A stretch of 64,000 nucleotides of DNA from an uncultured Chromatiales bacterium. GTDB taxonomy: Bacteria; Pseudomonadota; Gammaproteobacteria; SZUA-140. The position numbers and the translations under genes were made by a program. The DNA lies in assembly GCA_964437335.1 (NCBI GenBank), contig CAYTGL010000006.1, positions 24,523 through 88,522 on the forward strand. Direction: 5' to 3'. The notes beneath the pieces were generated by a model. It was not told where the DNA came from, did not search any database, and worked only from the letters and a program-made list of their open reading frames with translations. Shown piece after piece: positions 35,640-47,995 of this stretch. Numbering within the stretch: position 1 is the stretch's first letter; each line of letters starts with the position of its first letter.

Positions 35640-37704
35640 CGAACCAGCGCTTCATGATCGATGTCGCCGCATCAGGAAATCGCGCCAGTAATGCGGTGGC
35701 CGCTTCGCTGACCGGCGCAATAAGTTCGCTATCGCGCTGCAGCTCGGCGACACGCAGACGCATCAGGCCGGCCTGGCGTACGCCGAGGAGTTCGCCCGGC
35801 CCGCGCATATCGAGGTCGCGCCGCGCGATCTCGAACCCGTCGGCGGTCTCGCGCAGCACCGCGAGGCGCGCCCGGGCGCGCGCGGACAACGGGCTATGAT
35901 ACATCAATACGCACGCGCTTTTTTCACTGCCGCGCCCGACCCGGCCGCGCAACTGGTGGATCTGGGCGAGACCCAGCCGTTCGGCGTTCTCGATAATCAT
36001 CAGACTCGCGTTCGGCACGTCGACGCCGACCTCGATGACCGTGGTCGCGACCAGCAGATCGATATTGCCCGACTTGAATTCGGCCATGACCGACTCCTTT
36101 TCCGCCGGCTTGAGTCGGCCGTGCACCAGTCCCACCCGCAACTCGGGCAGGGTCTCTGCGAGATGCGCGGCGGTATCGATCGCGGCCTGGCATTGCAGCA
36201 GCTCCGATTCCTCGATCAGAGTGCAGACCCAGTAGGCCTGGCGTTTCTCGACACACTCGCCCCGGACCCGCTGCAGGACCTCATCCCGTCGGCTGTCGGG
36301 GACGACAACGGTCGTTACCGGCTGGCGTCCCGGCGGCAGTTCATCGATGATCGAGCAATCGAGATCAGCGTAGGCGGTCATCATCAAGGTGCGCGGTATC
36401 GGCGTTGCAGTCATGATCAACTGATGCGGATAGCGGCCATGCCGGCGTCCTTTTTCACGCAGGGCCAGACGCTGATGCACGCCGAAGCGATGCTGCTCAT
36501 CGACAATGACGAGCCCGAGCGAGGAGAACTCGACTTCCTGCTGAAACAGCGCGTGGGTGCCGACCGCCACCTGCATCGCGCCCGACTTCAGCGCATCGAG
36601 CGCATGCTGCCGCACCTTGCCTTTACTCTTGCCGGCCAGCCAGCCGACCTCGACGCCGAGCGGTCTCAGCCAGTCATCGACGTTGCGGTAATGTTGCTCC
36701 GCGAGCAGCTCGGTCGGCGCCATGATCGCGGACTGATAACCCGCCTCGACCGCGATCAGCAGCGCGGCCGCGGCGACTACAGTCTTGCCGGAACCGACAT
36801 CTCCCTGCACCAGGCGCTGCATCGGATGCTCCCGGCGCAGATCCTGCTCGATATCGGCGATGACGCGATGTTGCGCCGCCGTGAGTTCGAACGGCAAGCC
36901 GCTGATGAATCGCCGGCCCAGCTTTCCGGTAGCCGCCAGTACCGGCGCACGATGACGCGCGACTTCGGTATGCAGTGCGCGCATGCCGAGCTGGTGGGCC
37001 AGCAGTTCCTCGAAGGCAAGGCGCTTGCGCATGGGATGTAATCCATCGGCAAGCGCGTCGGCGGGCGCCTCCGGCGGCGGCCGATGGAGATAAAGCAACG
37101 CGTCACGCAGGGAAGCCAGGTGGTAGCGGGATTGCAGTTCGGGCGGCAGCAGCTCGGGTACAAAGTTCTCGCCGTCAGGGCCGCCGAGACGGTCCACCAC
37201 CCGCGAGATCAGCGATCGCAGCGTCGTCTGGTGCAGCCCGGCGGTCGCCGGATAGACCGGTGTCAGCGCCGGCGCCTCGTCGACCGTATCATCGCCGATG
37301 AGCCGATACTCGGGATGGATGATCTCAAGGGTATCACCCGCGCCCCTGACCTCGCCGTAACAGCGCAGTCGGAGTCCTTTCGTGAAGCTCTCGCGCTGCC
37401 GCGCCGTGAAGTGAAAAAATCGCAATAACAGCGCACCGGTTCCATCGCTGAGATAGACCAGCAACATCCGGCGGCGCCCGGCCCGGACCTGGGCAAGCTG
37501 CACGATCCCCTCGACCACCGCCTCGGCGCCGGGTCGCAAGGAACCGATCGGCACGATGCGAGTCCGGTCCTGGTAACGTGCGGGAAGATGCAGCAGTAGA
37601 TCCTGGAGCGTCCGGATATCAAGCCGCGCGAGTATCTCGGCGAGACGGGGACCGACCCCCTTCAGGCCGGAAACCGGCGACGATGGCGCGAGTTGCGCAC
37701 ACAC
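35611..37704 (-). CDS. recG: ATP-dependent DNA helicase
   Basis: QGDVGSGKT, DEQHRFGV, MTATPIPR and HQLRGRVGRG. Confidence 0.98.
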   Translation of the reverse strand: MCAQLAPSSPVSGLKGVGPRLAEILARLDIRTLQDLLLHLPARYQDRTRIVPIGSLRPGAEAVVEGIVQLAQVRAGRRRMLLVYLSDGTGALLLRFFHFTARQRESFTKGLRLRCYGEVRGAGDTLEIIHPEYRLIGDDTVDEAPALTPVYPATAGLHQTTLRSLISRVVDRLGGPDGENFVPELLPPELQSRYHLASLRDALLYLHRPPPEAPADALADGLHPMRKRLAFEELLAHQLGMRALHTEVARHRAPVLAATGKLGRRFISGLPFELTAAQHRVIADIEQDLRREHPMQRLVQGDVGSGKTVVAAAALLIAVEAGYQSAIMAPTELLAEQHYRNVDDWLRPLGVEVGWLAGKSKGKVRQHALDALKSGAMQVAVGTHALFQQEVEFSSLGLVIVDEQHRFGVHQRLALREKGRRHGRYPHQLIMTATPIPRTLMMTAYADLDCSIIDELPPGRQPVTTVVVPDSRRDEVLQRVRGECVEKRQAYWVCTLIEESELLQCQAAIDTAAHLAETLPELRVGLVHGRLKPAEKESVMAEFKSGNIDLLVATTVIEVGVDVPNASLMIIENAERLGLAQIHQLRGRVGRGSEKSACVLMYHSPLSARARARLAVLRETADGFEIARRDLDMRGPGELLGVRQAGLMRLRVAELQRDSELIAPVSEAATALLARFPDAATSIMKRWFDGRPQYSVV

Positions 37705-38097
37705 TCAACTCCCCCGCCGCAGGTGCATGACGCCGTCGGCCTCGATGACGGCGCCTTTCGGCAGCGCCGCAACCTGGACCGCAGCGCGGGCGGGGTAAGG
37801 GGCGGCGAAATAACGGCCCATGACCTCATTGACGACCGGGAAGTGGACGAGGTCGGTCAGATAGATATTGAGCTTGACGACATCGGCAAGCGAGCCGCCC
37901 GCGGCGCGCGCAACCTCACCGAGGTTTTCGAATACCTGAACCGCCTGCGCCTCGAAATCACCGTCGACGAGCCGCATTGTTCGCGGGTCTAGCGGGATCT
38001 GGCCGGAAAGCCACACTGTTGTGCCGATCTTCACCGCCTGGGAGTATGTCCCGATCGCGGCCGGCGCCCGGTCAGTATTGATGATCTCCCTGTCCAA
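37705..38097 (-). CDS. ridA: RidA family deaminase
   Basis: [19 protein letters not shown] and [14 protein letters not shown]. Confidence 0.95.
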   Translation of the reverse strand: MDREIINTDRAPAAIGTYSQAVKIGTTVWLSGQIPLDPRTMRLVDGDFEAQAVQVFENLGEVARAAGGSLADVVKLNIYLTDLVHFPVVNEVMGRYFAAPYPARAAVQVAALPKGAVIEADGVMHLRRGS

Positions 38098-38130
38098 CGC
38101 TCCCCCTGGTATTGGAACGAATCGCGGTTC

Positions 38131-40377
38131 TCAAGCCCGCTTGCGATAGATCTTCGCGACATTCTCGATCGTGCGGATGCGCCGCATCACACGGGCGAGA
38201 TGCACACGGTTATGCACCGCGATATTGAAGATAATTGTACTGTATTTCCCGTCGTGTTCGTCTATCGTCACATTATTGATGTTGACGTCCATGGCGGCGA
38301 TCGCCGCCGCGACGGTCGCGAGCACGCCGCGGCGGTTGAGCGCGTCGACGCGGATTTCGACCGGGAACTCGCCTTCAATGCTGGTCTCCCACTGCACGTC
38401 GATCCACTTCTCGGGCTGGTTGCGGAACTCCTTGACGTTCTTGCATGATTCGGCATGAATGACAACGCCGCGTCCAGACGAAACGAAACCCTGGATCGGG
38501 TCGCCGGGTATCGGATTGCAGCATTTTGCGAAGGTCACGACCATGCCTTCGGTGCCGGTGATCGCAAGCGGCCGCAACGCGTCCTTCGAGCCACCGAGCC
38601 AGGCCGGCATGTAGCGGGAAAACACCTGCTTGATCCCGCGCGTGCGTGATGCCGGTTCGCCCTTGCCCGCTTGCGCCTCGAGCAGTCGCCTGACGACCAG
38701 CGGCGCGAGCCGGTTGCCAAGCCCGATGTCATCGTAGAGCTGCTCGACGTTACGGCACTTGAACTCGGCCAGCAGGATCTCGACGTCATGGGCGTCGAGA
38801 TCCTGCACCGACTTCGAGCAGGCGTTGACCAGCGCCTGATCGAGCAATCGCCTGCCAAGCTCCACCGACTCGTCGCGCTTGAGATTCTTCATGTAATTCC
38901 GGATCGTCGCGCGCGCCTTGCCGGTGACTACGAAATTGAGCCAGACGGGGTTTGGACGCGCGCCTGGCGAGGTGATGATCTCGACGGTCTCCCCGCTCTG
39001 CAGGGTCGTCGACAGCGGCGCGAGGCGGCGGTCGATCTTGACCGCAACGCAGGTGTTGCCGATATCGGTATGTACCGCGTAGGCGAAGTCGACCGGCGTC
39101 GCGCCACGCGGCAACTCCATGATGCGCCCGCGCGGCGTGAAGACGTAGACCTCGTCGGGGAACAGGTCGATCCTGACGTTCTCGAGAAACTCGAGCGAGT
39201 TACCGGCGTTCTTCTGGATCTCGAGCAGACCGCTCATCCAGTCGCGGACGCGTTTCTGTGCGCCGCTGCTCGCGGCAATGCTGTCACCGAGCTTGTACAG
39301 CCAGTGCGCGGCGACGCCGGCCTCGGCGACCTTCTCCATGTCCTCCGAGCGGATCTGCACCTCGATATGAACGCCGAACGGGCCGAACAGCACCGTGTGC
39401 AGCGACTGGTATCCATTGGCCTTCGGGATCGCAATATAGTCCTTGAACTTGCCGGGCACCGGCTTGTAGAGATTGTGCACGACGCCGAGACTGCGGTAAC
39501 AGGAATCGACATTGTCGACGACGATGCGAAACGCATAGACATCGAACACCTCGGAAAAACTCAGGCGTTTGGTCCGCATCTTCTGGTAGATGCTGTAGAT
39601 ATGCTTCTCCCTGCCGAGCACGCGGCACGGCAACCCCTCCTGCTGCAGGCGATCCTGCAAGGCCGCCTCGATCTTGCTGACGATCTCGCGGCGGTTGCCG
39701 CGCGCCTTCCTGACCGATTCCGCGAGCACGCGGTAGCGCAGCGGATAAAACTCGGCGAAGCCGAGCTCCTGCAGATCGGTACGGATCGCGTTCATGCCGA
39801 GGCGGTTCGCAATCGGTGCGTAGATCTCCAGCGTTTCGCGCGCGATTCGCCGGCGCGCCTCCGGCGAACAGGCGCCGAGCGTGCGCATGTTATGGAGACG
39901 GTCGGCAAGCTTGATGATAATGACCCGGAGGTCCTGCACCATCGCCAGGAGCATCTTGCGGAAATTCTCCGCCTGGGCCTCGCGCCGGGTCTCGAACTCG
40001 ATCTGGGTCAGCTTGCTGACCCCGTCAACGAGGTAGGCTATCTCCTCTCCGAACTGCTCGGCGATCTGTTCCTTCGCGGTTGGAGTGTCTTCGAGGACAT
40101 CGTGCAGCAGCGCGGCAATGATGCATTCCGCGTTCATGCGCATGTCCGCGAGAATCCTCGCGACGGCCAGCGGGTGAGTGATATAGGGCTCGCCGGACAG
40201 ACGGTGCTGGCCGGCATGGGCCTGGGCGCCGAAGCGTTGGGCGCGGCGGACTTCGGCTATCTGGCGCGGTTCGAGGTAAGACTCGAGCGCCGCGCACAGG
40301 TCATCAAGCAAGCGGTCGGGGCTGGAATGCCCGGGAGGGGCGGGATCAATGCGGGATACCTGTTCGGTAGGCATCAA
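38131..40377 (-). CDS. spoT: Bifunctional (p)ppGpp synthetase/hydrolase
   Basis: HD motif ALLHDVLED, KLADRLHNMRTL, NGYQSLHT, TGS and ACT domains. Confidence 0.98.
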   Translation of the reverse strand: MMPTEQVSRIDPAPPGHSSPDRLLDDLCAALESYLEPRQIAEVRRAQRFGAQAHAGQHRLSGEPYITHPLAVARILADMRMNAECIIAALLHDVLEDTPTAKEQIAEQFGEEIAYLVDGVSKLTQIEFETRREAQAENFRKMLLAMVQDLRVIIIKLADRLHNMRTLGACSPEARRRIARETLEIYAPIANRLGMNAIRTDLQELGFAEFYPLRYRVLAESVRKARGNRREIVSKIEAALQDRLQQEGLPCRVLGREKHIYSIYQKMRTKRLSFSEVFDVYAFRIVVDNVDSCYRSLGVVHNLYKPVPGKFKDYIAIPKANGYQSLHTVLFGPFGVHIEVQIRSEDMEKVAEAGVAAHWLYKLGDSIAASSGAQKRVRDWMSGLLEIQKNAGNSLEFLENVRIDLFPDEVYVFTPRGRIMELPRGATPVDFAYAVHTDIGNTCVAVKIDRRLAPLSTTLQSGETVEIITSPGARPNPVWLNFVVTGKARATIRNYMKNLKRDESVELGRRLLDQALVNACSKSVQDLDAHDVEILLAEFKCRNVEQLYDDIGLGNRLAPLVVRRLLEAQAGKGEPASRTRGIKQVFSRYMPAWLGGSKDALRPLAITGTEGMVVTFAKCCNPIPGDPIQGFVSSGRGVVIHAESCKNVKEFRNQPEKWIDVQWETSIEGEFPVEIRVDALNRRGVLATVAAAIAAMDVNINNVTIDEHDGKYSTIIFNIAVHNRVHLARVMRRIRTIENVAKIYRKRA

Positions 40378-40399
40378 GGCGTGTCCCGGTCACGCGGCG

Positions 40400-40714
40400 T
40401 CAGTCCTGTTCCTGATCAATAGACTGTTGCTGCAGCGCATCCTGCTGTAATTCCCTGCGCAGCCGCTCACGCAATTCCTGCTCATCGAGGGCGTCTTCCG
40501 CCCGCTGCTCCGGCGTCACCTCGTTCAGTATCGAACCATCAACGCTGCCGGACGCGATCTCGCGCAGGGCCAGCACGGTCGGCTTGTCGTTGTCCCAGGG
40601 CAGGCTCGATTCCTTGCCGTGGCTGAGCTGGCGGGCGCGCTTGCTCGCTATCAACACCAGATCGAAACGGTTCGGGATATGTTCCAGGCAATCTTCTACG
40701 GTAATACGGGCCAT
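40400..40714 (-). CDS. rpoZ: RNA polymerase omega subunit
   Basis: [24 protein letters not shown] and DKPTV.ALREIA. Confidence 0.98.
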   Translation of the reverse strand: MARITVEDCLEHIPNRFDLVLIASKRARQLSHGKESSLPWDNDKPTVLALREIASGSVDGSILNEVTPEQRAEDALDEQELRERLRRELQQDALQQQSIDQEQD

Positions 40715-40792
40715 GTGATTCTCTCGTGTTGTCGGCCGGCCACCGGCCGGCGATGCGGATGCATCTGGCCATTATACCGTAATTTCAGGTCA

Positions 40793-42357
<1,565 letters not shown>

Positions 42358-42460
42358 AATTTGCCTCTTCCGAATAAAGGGTACTGACCCCTTTTAACGC
42401 GCCTTCGGGGTATAATAAGTTCTTTCCTGTTCCTGCCCAAGGTAAAAATAAGGATCACCC

Positions 42461-43177
42461 ATGCGCCCAAGCGGCCGCGCGCCCGACGAGTTGAGACCTA
42501 TCACGCTGACCCGCAACTATACCCGCCATGCCGAGGGCTCGGTGCTGGTCGAGTTCGGGCATACCCGCGTCCTGTGCAATGCGAGCATCGAGCCGAGGAC
42601 ACCGAACTTTCTCAAGGGCACAGGGAAAGGCTGGGTCACCGCCGAATACGGCATGCTGCCGCGCTCGACCGGACAGCGCATGCAGAGAGAAGCTGCGCGC
42701 GGACGCCAGGGCGGACGCACCCTCGAGATTCAGCGCCTGATCGGCCGCTCGTTGCGCGCGGCTGTCGATCTCGATGCCCTCGGCGAGCGCACCATCACCA
42801 TTGACTGCGACGTTATTCAGGCCGACGGCGGCACCCGAACCGCCGCGATTACGGGCGGCTATGTCGCGCTCGCCGACGCGATCAACCACCTGATCGCGCA
42901 GCGCCAGCTCCGTGACAATCCCTTGCACGGCTCGATTGCCTCGGTGTCGGTCGGCATCTACCAGGGCGTGCCGGTGCTCGACCTCGATTATGACGAGGAT
43001 TCCCAGGCCGAGACCGACATGAACGTCGTCATGAATGACGCCGGGGCCTTCGTCGAGATCCAGGGCACGGCCGAAGGCCACGCATTCCGGATGGATGAAA
43101 TGATGGCGATGATCAGCATCGCGCGCGCCGGCATCGAACGACTGATCGCAAAACAGCGGGAGGCGCTCGCAGACTAG
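42461..43177 (+). CDS. rph: Ribonuclease PH
   Basis: [17 protein letters not shown] and [12 protein letters not shown]. Confidence 0.98.
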   Translation: MRPSGRAPDELRPITLTRNYTRHAEGSVLVEFGHTRVLCNASIEPRTPNFLKGTGKGWVTAEYGMLPRSTGQRMQREAARGRQGGRTLEIQRLIGRSLRAAVDLDALGERTITIDCDVIQADGGTRTAAITGGYVALADAINHLIAQRQLRDNPLHGSIASVSVGIYQGVPVLDLDYDEDSQAETDMNVVMNDAGAFVEIQGTAEGHAFRMDEMMAMISIARAGIERLIAKQREALAD

Positions 43178-43788
43178 TGCGTTTCGTCCTCGCAAGCGGC
43201 AATCACGGCAAGCTGGGGGAATTCACGGCGCTGTTCGCGGACAGCCCGCTGGAGATCGTATCCCAGCAGCATTTCACCGTGCCCGAGGTCGAGGAAACCG
43301 GCCTCAGCTTTGTCGAGAACGCGATCATCAAGGCACGCAATGCCGCGCATCATACCGGCCTGCCGGCGGTCGCCGACGATTCCGGTCTCGAAGTCGACGC
43401 CCTCGACGGCGCGCCGGGAATCTACTCATCGCGTTATGCAGGCGCCGATGCGAGCGACCGGGAGAATCTCGACAAGCTGCTGCGCGATCTCGCCGACGTC
43501 CCCAACGTGCAGCGCGGCGCGCGCTTCCAGTGCGTCATCGTCTGCATGCGGCATGCCCGCGACCCGGTGCCGCTGATCTGCCAGGGCACGTGGGAAGGCC
43601 GGATATTGTTTGAAGCGCGCGGCAGCAACGGTTTTGGTTATGATCCGGTATTTTTCGTGCCGACTCATGGCTGCTCATCGGCTGAACTCCCGCCAGAGGT
43701 CAAGAACCGGATCAGCCATCGCGGCCAAGCCCTCGCAATGTTGCTGCGCTCGCTCGCGAATGATCAGCGCCGCGGTTCCGTATCATGA
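43177..43788 (+). CDS. rdgB: dITP/XTP pyrophosphatase
   Basis: ASGNHGK, ADDSGL, GFGYDP and SHRGQA. Confidence 0.97.
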   Translation: MRFVLASGNHGKLGEFTALFADSPLEIVSQQHFTVPEVEETGLSFVENAIIKARNAAHHTGLPAVADDSGLEVDALDGAPGIYSSRYAGADASDRENLDKLLRDLADVPNVQRGARFQCVIVCMRHARDPVPLICQGTWEGRILFEARGSNGFGYDPVFFVPTHGCSSAELPPEVKNRISHRGQALAMLLRSLANDQRRGSVS

Positions 43789-45014
43789 CGCCCGGCGCAC
43801 CGGTCTCCGCGGTGCGCGTTCCGCTGCCCGCGTCACGCAGCGGTTCCACAGGCCACCGCTTCGCCGCAGCGCCCCCGCTCGGGCTCTATGTTCATATCCC
43901 GTGGTGTGTTCGCAAATGTCCGTACTGTGATTTCAATTCGCACGAAGTCCGCGACGGCATCCCCGAGTCCGCCTATGTCGATGCCCTGGTCGCCGACCTC
44001 GAACAGGACCTGCCTGCGGTGTGGGGCCGACCAGTCGAGACCGTGTTTATCGGTGGCGGAACCCCGAGCCTGTTTTCGCCCGCGACCATCGATCGCCTGC
44101 TGTCCGACCTTCGTGCGCGCCTGCCGCTGACGCCCGGCGCCGAGATCACGATGGAGGCGAATCCCGGCGCCGTCGACCATGTCCGCTTCGCGGAATTCCG
44201 GGATGCCGGGATCAACCGGATATCGCTCGGGGTCCAGAGTCTCGATGACCGCCTGCTCGAACGCATCGGACGCATCCACGACGCCGCCGCGGCGCGCGCC
44301 GCGGCCGAGGGCATTATCGATGCGGGTTTCGACCACTGGAATATCGATCTGATGTACGGCCTGCCGGGGCAAACCGTCGATCAGGCGCTGTCTGATCTCG
44401 CTGCAGCCGTCACCCTCGGGTCGCCGCATCTGTCCCATTACCAGCTAACGATCGAACCCAATACCGCGTTTTATCACCGGCCGCCGCCGCTGCCGGATGA
44501 TGAAATGCTGTGGGACATGCAGTTGCGCTGCCAGGCGCTGCTCGCCGCTCACGGCCATGAACAGTACGAGGTCTCGGCCTATGCGTTGCCGGGGCATCAG
44601 TGCCGGCACAATCTCAACTACTGGCGCTTCGGCGACTACCTCGGCATCGGCGCCGGTGCCCATGCGAAGATCACCAGCGCGCCGGAACAGCTGATCCGGC
44701 GCGTCTCGAAGACGAGGAATCCGCGTGATTACCTCGAGCGGGCCGCTGGCCACGACCGCATCGCCGAAGATCGCCGGCTGACAACCGCCGATACCGGACT
44801 CGAATTCATGATGAACGCCCTGCGGCTGAACGAAGGTTTTTCACCACGACTGTTCGATGAACATGCCGGCCTCCCGCTTTCGCTGTTCGAACGGCCGCTG
44901 GCCCGTGCCGCGGAACTCGGCCTGCTCGAGCGCAGCCACGAACGGGTGCGGGCGACCGCGCATGGCCGGCGCTATCTCGATGATCTCCTCGCGCTGTTTC
45001 TGTCCGATGCGTGA
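43785..45014 (+). CDS. hemW: Radical SAM heme chaperone
   Basis: LYVHIPWCVRKCPYCDFNS, GGGTPS and HNLNYW. Confidence 0.96.
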   Translation: MTPGAPVSAVRVPLPASRSGSTGHRFAAAPPLGLYVHIPWCVRKCPYCDFNSHEVRDGIPESAYVDALVADLEQDLPAVWGRPVETVFIGGGTPSLFSPATIDRLLSDLRARLPLTPGAEITMEANPGAVDHVRFAEFRDAGINRISLGVQSLDDRLLERIGRIHDAAAARAAAEGIIDAGFDHWNIDLMYGLPGQTVDQALSDLAAAVTLGSPHLSHYQLTIEPNTAFYHRPPPLPDDEMLWDMQLRCQALLAAHGHEQYEVSAYALPGHQCRHNLNYWRFGDYLGIGAGAHAKITSAPEQLIRRVSKTRNPRDYLERAAGHDRIAEDRRLTTADTGLEFMMNALRLNEGFSPRLFDEHAGLPLSLFERPLARAAELGLLERSHERVRATAHGRRYLDDLLALFLSDA

Positions 45015-45204
45015 ATACCTCAAAGAGCACCGGATCGCGTGCCCGTACTGCGGTGAGGGTTTCGGTATCGTCATCGATCTCAGCGCGGGTGGGCAGGACT
45101 ATATCGAGGACTGCCAGGTCTGCTGTCGCCCCATCGGAATCGGCGTGCGGCTGGACGTTGACGGCGATGTCACGGAAATCACGACCAGAAGGGAAGACGA
45201 ATGA
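45007..45204 (+). CDS. CPXCG-motif cysteine-rich small protein
   Basis: 65 aa with CPYCGE...QDYIEDCQVCCRPI; ATG at 45007. Confidence 0.85.
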   Translation: MREYLKEHRIACPYCGEGFGIVIDLSAGGQDYIEDCQVCCRPIGIGVRLDVDGDVTEITTRREDE

Positions 45205-46040
45205 CTATATTGCTGCTGACCGGGGACGCGCTGAACATGGACGCGGCACGCGGGCTCGTGGAACAAACCGGCGGTTCGCTCGAGATGCGCGCCGCACATA
45301 TGCGCATCAGCACGGCGAAGGCCGTCGATCCGGCGTTGATCGCAACACTGCGCGCACGCCATTCATTCGACATCAATCCGCTGCCGGCCGACTTCGCCCC
45401 GGATGCGGTGCGCCTGCTGATCAGCGACATGGATTCGACGATGATCAATATCGAGTGCATGGACGAGATCGCCGATTTTCTCGGTATCAAATCCCGGGTC
45501 GCCGAGATCACCGGCGCGGCGATGCGCGGGGAAATCGATTTCGAGACCTCGCTGCGCCGGCGCGTCGCGCTGATCAAGGGTGTCGGTACGGACGTGCTGC
45601 AGCGGGTTTATGACGAGCGCCTGCGTCTGAATCCGGGCGCCGAGGCGCTGATCAGGGGCCTGCACGAACGCGGCGCCCGGATTGCGCTGGTTTCCGGCGG
45701 CTTCACGTTTTTCACTGAACGCCTGCGCAAGCGCCTGTCGCTCGATTACACGCTCGCGAACGAATTCGACTTCGGCGCTGACGGGCGCATCACCGGTGAG
45801 GTCCCCGGTGCGATCGTCGGCGCGCAGGCCAAGGCCGATTTCCTGATGCGCCTGTGCGGCGAACTCGGGATCCGGCCGCAGCAGGCGATCGCCGCCGGCG
45901 ACGGCGCGAACGACCTGCCGATGATGCGCCTCGCCGGTCTCAGCGTTGCCTACCGCTCGAAGCCGGCGGTCCAGGCCGAGGCCGACGTCGTCCTGAACCA
46001 TTCCGGCCTCGATGCCATCCTCACCTTCCTGGAACCCTAG
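45201..46040 (+). CDS. serB: Phosphoserine phosphatase
   Basis: DMDSTMI..ECMDE, VSGGF and GDGANDL. Confidence 0.96.
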   Translation: MTILLLTGDALNMDAARGLVEQTGGSLEMRAAHMRISTAKAVDPALIATLRARHSFDINPLPADFAPDAVRLLISDMDSTMINIECMDEIADFLGIKSRVAEITGAAMRGEIDFETSLRRRVALIKGVGTDVLQRVYDERLRLNPGAEALIRGLHERGARIALVSGGFTFFTERLRKRLSLDYTLANEFDFGADGRITGEVPGAIVGAQAKADFLMRLCGELGIRPQQAIAAGDGANDLPMMRLAGLSVAYRSKPAVQAEADVVLNHSGLDAILTFLEP

Positions 46041-46052
46041 GGTCAGACCCTA
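46038..46052. repeat. REP-like palindrome TAGGGTC-A-GACCCTA
   Basis: Its ends are the TAG stop codons of the convergent serB and trmB genes. Confidence 0.75.
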
Positions 46053-46733
46053 TTGCAGGGTGTTGCGGAATATCAAGTCGTGGACGGCGTGGCCGAGGCG
46101 TTCCCCGCGGCGTTCGAAGCGGGTCTCCGCGCGCCAGACGGGACGTTCTGAAAATCGCCCCGGACCGGCGACATTCTCGAAACCGGATGCCGCCGACATC
46201 ACCTCGACCATCTGCTGCGCGTAGTCCTCCCAGTCGGTCGCCATGTGAAATACTCCGCCGGAACGCAGGCGCGCGCCGATTAACGCGACGAATGCCGGCT
46301 GCACCAGGCGGCGCTTGTGGTGGCGTTTCTTCGGCCAGGGATCGGGGAAAAACAGGTACACCGCATCAAGCGATGAAGACGGGATCATCTTCGCCAGCAC
46401 TTCGACCGCATCGTCCCGCAACACACGGACGTTGGTGATGCCGTGCTCGTCGAGCGCATTCAGCAGACGGCCGACGCCGGGACGGTAGACCTCGATGCCG
46501 AGATAGTCGTTTTCGGGGTGCGCGGTGGCCATCGCGAGCAGCGACTCGCCGGCGCCAAAGCCGATCTCGAGCATTCGCGGGGCGCGGCGCCCGAACAGCG
46601 CGTCGAGGTCGCAAGTGCCGTCACGCAGGTCGACGCCATAACGATCCCATAATCGGTCGATGGCGCGGCGCTGGGATTCGGTGATGCGGCCCTCGCGACG
46701 CACGAAGCTGCGCACGGTGCGGAGAGCGCTCAA
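46050..46733 (-). CDS. trmB: tRNA (guanine-N7)-methyltransferase
   Basis: LEIGFGAG, FPDPWPKKRHHKRRL and ATDWEDY. Confidence 0.97.
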   Translation of the reverse strand: MSALRTVRSFVRREGRITESQRRAIDRLWDRYGVDLRDGTCDLDALFGRRAPRMLEIGFGAGESLLAMATAHPENDYLGIEVYRPGVGRLLNALDEHGITNVRVLRDDAVEVLAKMIPSSSLDAVYLFFPDPWPKKRHHKRRLVQPAFVALIGARLRSGGVFHMATDWEDYAQQMVEVMSAASGFENVAGPGRFSERPVWRAETRFERRGERLGHAVHDLIFRNTLQ

Positions 46734-46749
46734 GGGGACTCCTGATGGT

Positions 46750-47577
46750 CTAGAAAAACGTCCCGTCGATCGGCGACGACGCGCTCGCGAAGCGCTTGCG
46801 CGGGATGCGGCCTGCGCGCCAGGCCTCGCGGCCGGCCTCGACGGCCTTCTTCATCGCCGACGCCATCAGCACCGGGTCGCGCGCGCCGGCAATCGCGGTG
46901 TTCATCAGCACGCCGTCGCAGCCGAGTTCCATCGCGATTGCCGCGTCGGATGCAGTACCGACGCCGGCATCCACGATGATCGGGACCGAGGCGTTCTCGA
47001 CGATCGTCAATATATTATAAGGATTACGAATGCCGAGCCCGGAACCGATCGGCGCAGCGAGCGGCATCACCGCGACGCAGCCGATGTCCTCGAGCCGCTT
47101 CGCGGCGACCGGGTCGTCGTTGGTATAGACCATGACCTTGAAGCCCTCGGCGACCAGCACCTTCGCGGCCGCGCAGGTCTGCTCGACATCCGGGTACAGG
47201 GTCTTCTCGTCGGCCAGCACCTCGAGCTTGACCAGATCGTGACCGTCGAGCAGCTCGCGCGCGAGCCGGCAGGTACGGACCGCATCCTCCGCGGTATAGC
47301 ACATCGCGGTATTCGGCAGCAGCGTGTAGCGATCCGGCGGGATCACGTCGAGCAGGTTCGGCTCTCCGGGAGTCTGCCCGATGTTTGTGCGACGGATCGC
47401 GACCGTGACGATCTCGGCGCCGCTCGCCTCGACCGCGCGGCGGGTCTGCTCGAGATCGCGATACTTGCCGGTGCCGACCAGCAGGCGCGAACGATATTCG
47501 ACGCCGGCGATCAGCAGCGCATCATCGGCGCCCGGCGCCGGGCGGGATTCAATTGCAGGTCGCATCACCGGCATCAT
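46750..47577 (-). CDS. thiG: Thiazole synthase
   Basis: [21 protein letters not shown] and [16 protein letters not shown] overlap with thiS. Confidence 0.97.
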   Translation of the reverse strand: MMPVMRPAIESRPAPGADDALLIAGVEYRSRLLVGTGKYRDLEQTRRAVEASGAEIVTVAIRRTNIGQTPGEPNLLDVIPPDRYTLLPNTAMCYTAEDAVRTCRLARELLDGHDLVKLEVLADEKTLYPDVEQTCAAAKVLVAEGFKVMVYTNDDPVAAKRLEDIGCVAVMPLAAPIGSGLGIRNPYNILTIVENASVPIIVDAGVGTASDAAIAMELGCDGVLMNTAIAGARDPVLMASAMKKAVEAGREAWRAGRIPRKRFASASSPIDGTFF

Positions 47578-47774
47578 CCCCCGCCGATCGCCTGGACGAT
47601 CTCGACGTGGTCGCCCGCTTGCACACAGCGCTCGGCGTAGGCGCTGCGCGGGACGATATCCTGATTGATTTCGACCGCGACGCGGCGGCCGGCGCAACCG
47701 AGCTCCTCGAGCAGCGCCATAATCGTAAGCTCATGATCGTAGCGGCGCGGCGCGCCATTGATGTAGATTTCCAT
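47574..47774 (-). CDS. thiS: Sulfur carrier protein
   Basis: 66 aa ending IGGG. Confidence 0.95.
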   Translation of the reverse strand: MEIYINGAPRRYDHELTIMALLEELGCAGRRVAVEINQDIVPRSAYAERCVQAGDHVEIVQAIGGG

Positions 47775-47855
47775 GCCTTAAGATAACACACCATGATCGG
47801 GGGATTCGCTTGACCGTCCGCGCTGCGGCGCGTCAGAATTCACCGTGGGCGCCCC

Positions 47856-47929
47856 GCGGGTGTAGTTCAATGGTAGAACATCAGCTTCCCAAGCTGAATA
47901 CGTGGGTTCGATTCCCATCACCCGCTCCA
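47856..47929 (+). tRNA. tRNA-Gly(CCC)
   Basis: gcgggtgtagttcaatggtagaac, anticodon arm tcagc-ttCCCaa-gctga, ggttcgattccc and an encoded CCA end. Confidence 0.97.
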
Positions 47930-47995
47930 TAAAATCAGCGGGCACGACCAAGCTGCGTGTTCGCTGTGTGAGTCGTCAGCGCAAGGCCTGTAGTC

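Noticed and set aside
38671-40422. Long antisense ORFs (this 583-aa one, and others opposite ccoN, rpoN, recG, kdsD, ubiA, mutY and the DUF1566 gene)
   Set aside because: They are shadow frames expected from high-GC codon bias, have no recognisable motifs and fully overlap well-supported genes.
47775-47855. TPP riboswitch upstream of thiS-thiG
   Set aside because: The space is short, is shared with the divergent tRNA promoter, and lacks the TPP consensus (CTGAGA...CCTGA).
47856-47995. Integrative element at tRNA-Gly(CCC)
   Set aside because: No integrase and no duplicated tRNA 3' end were seen.
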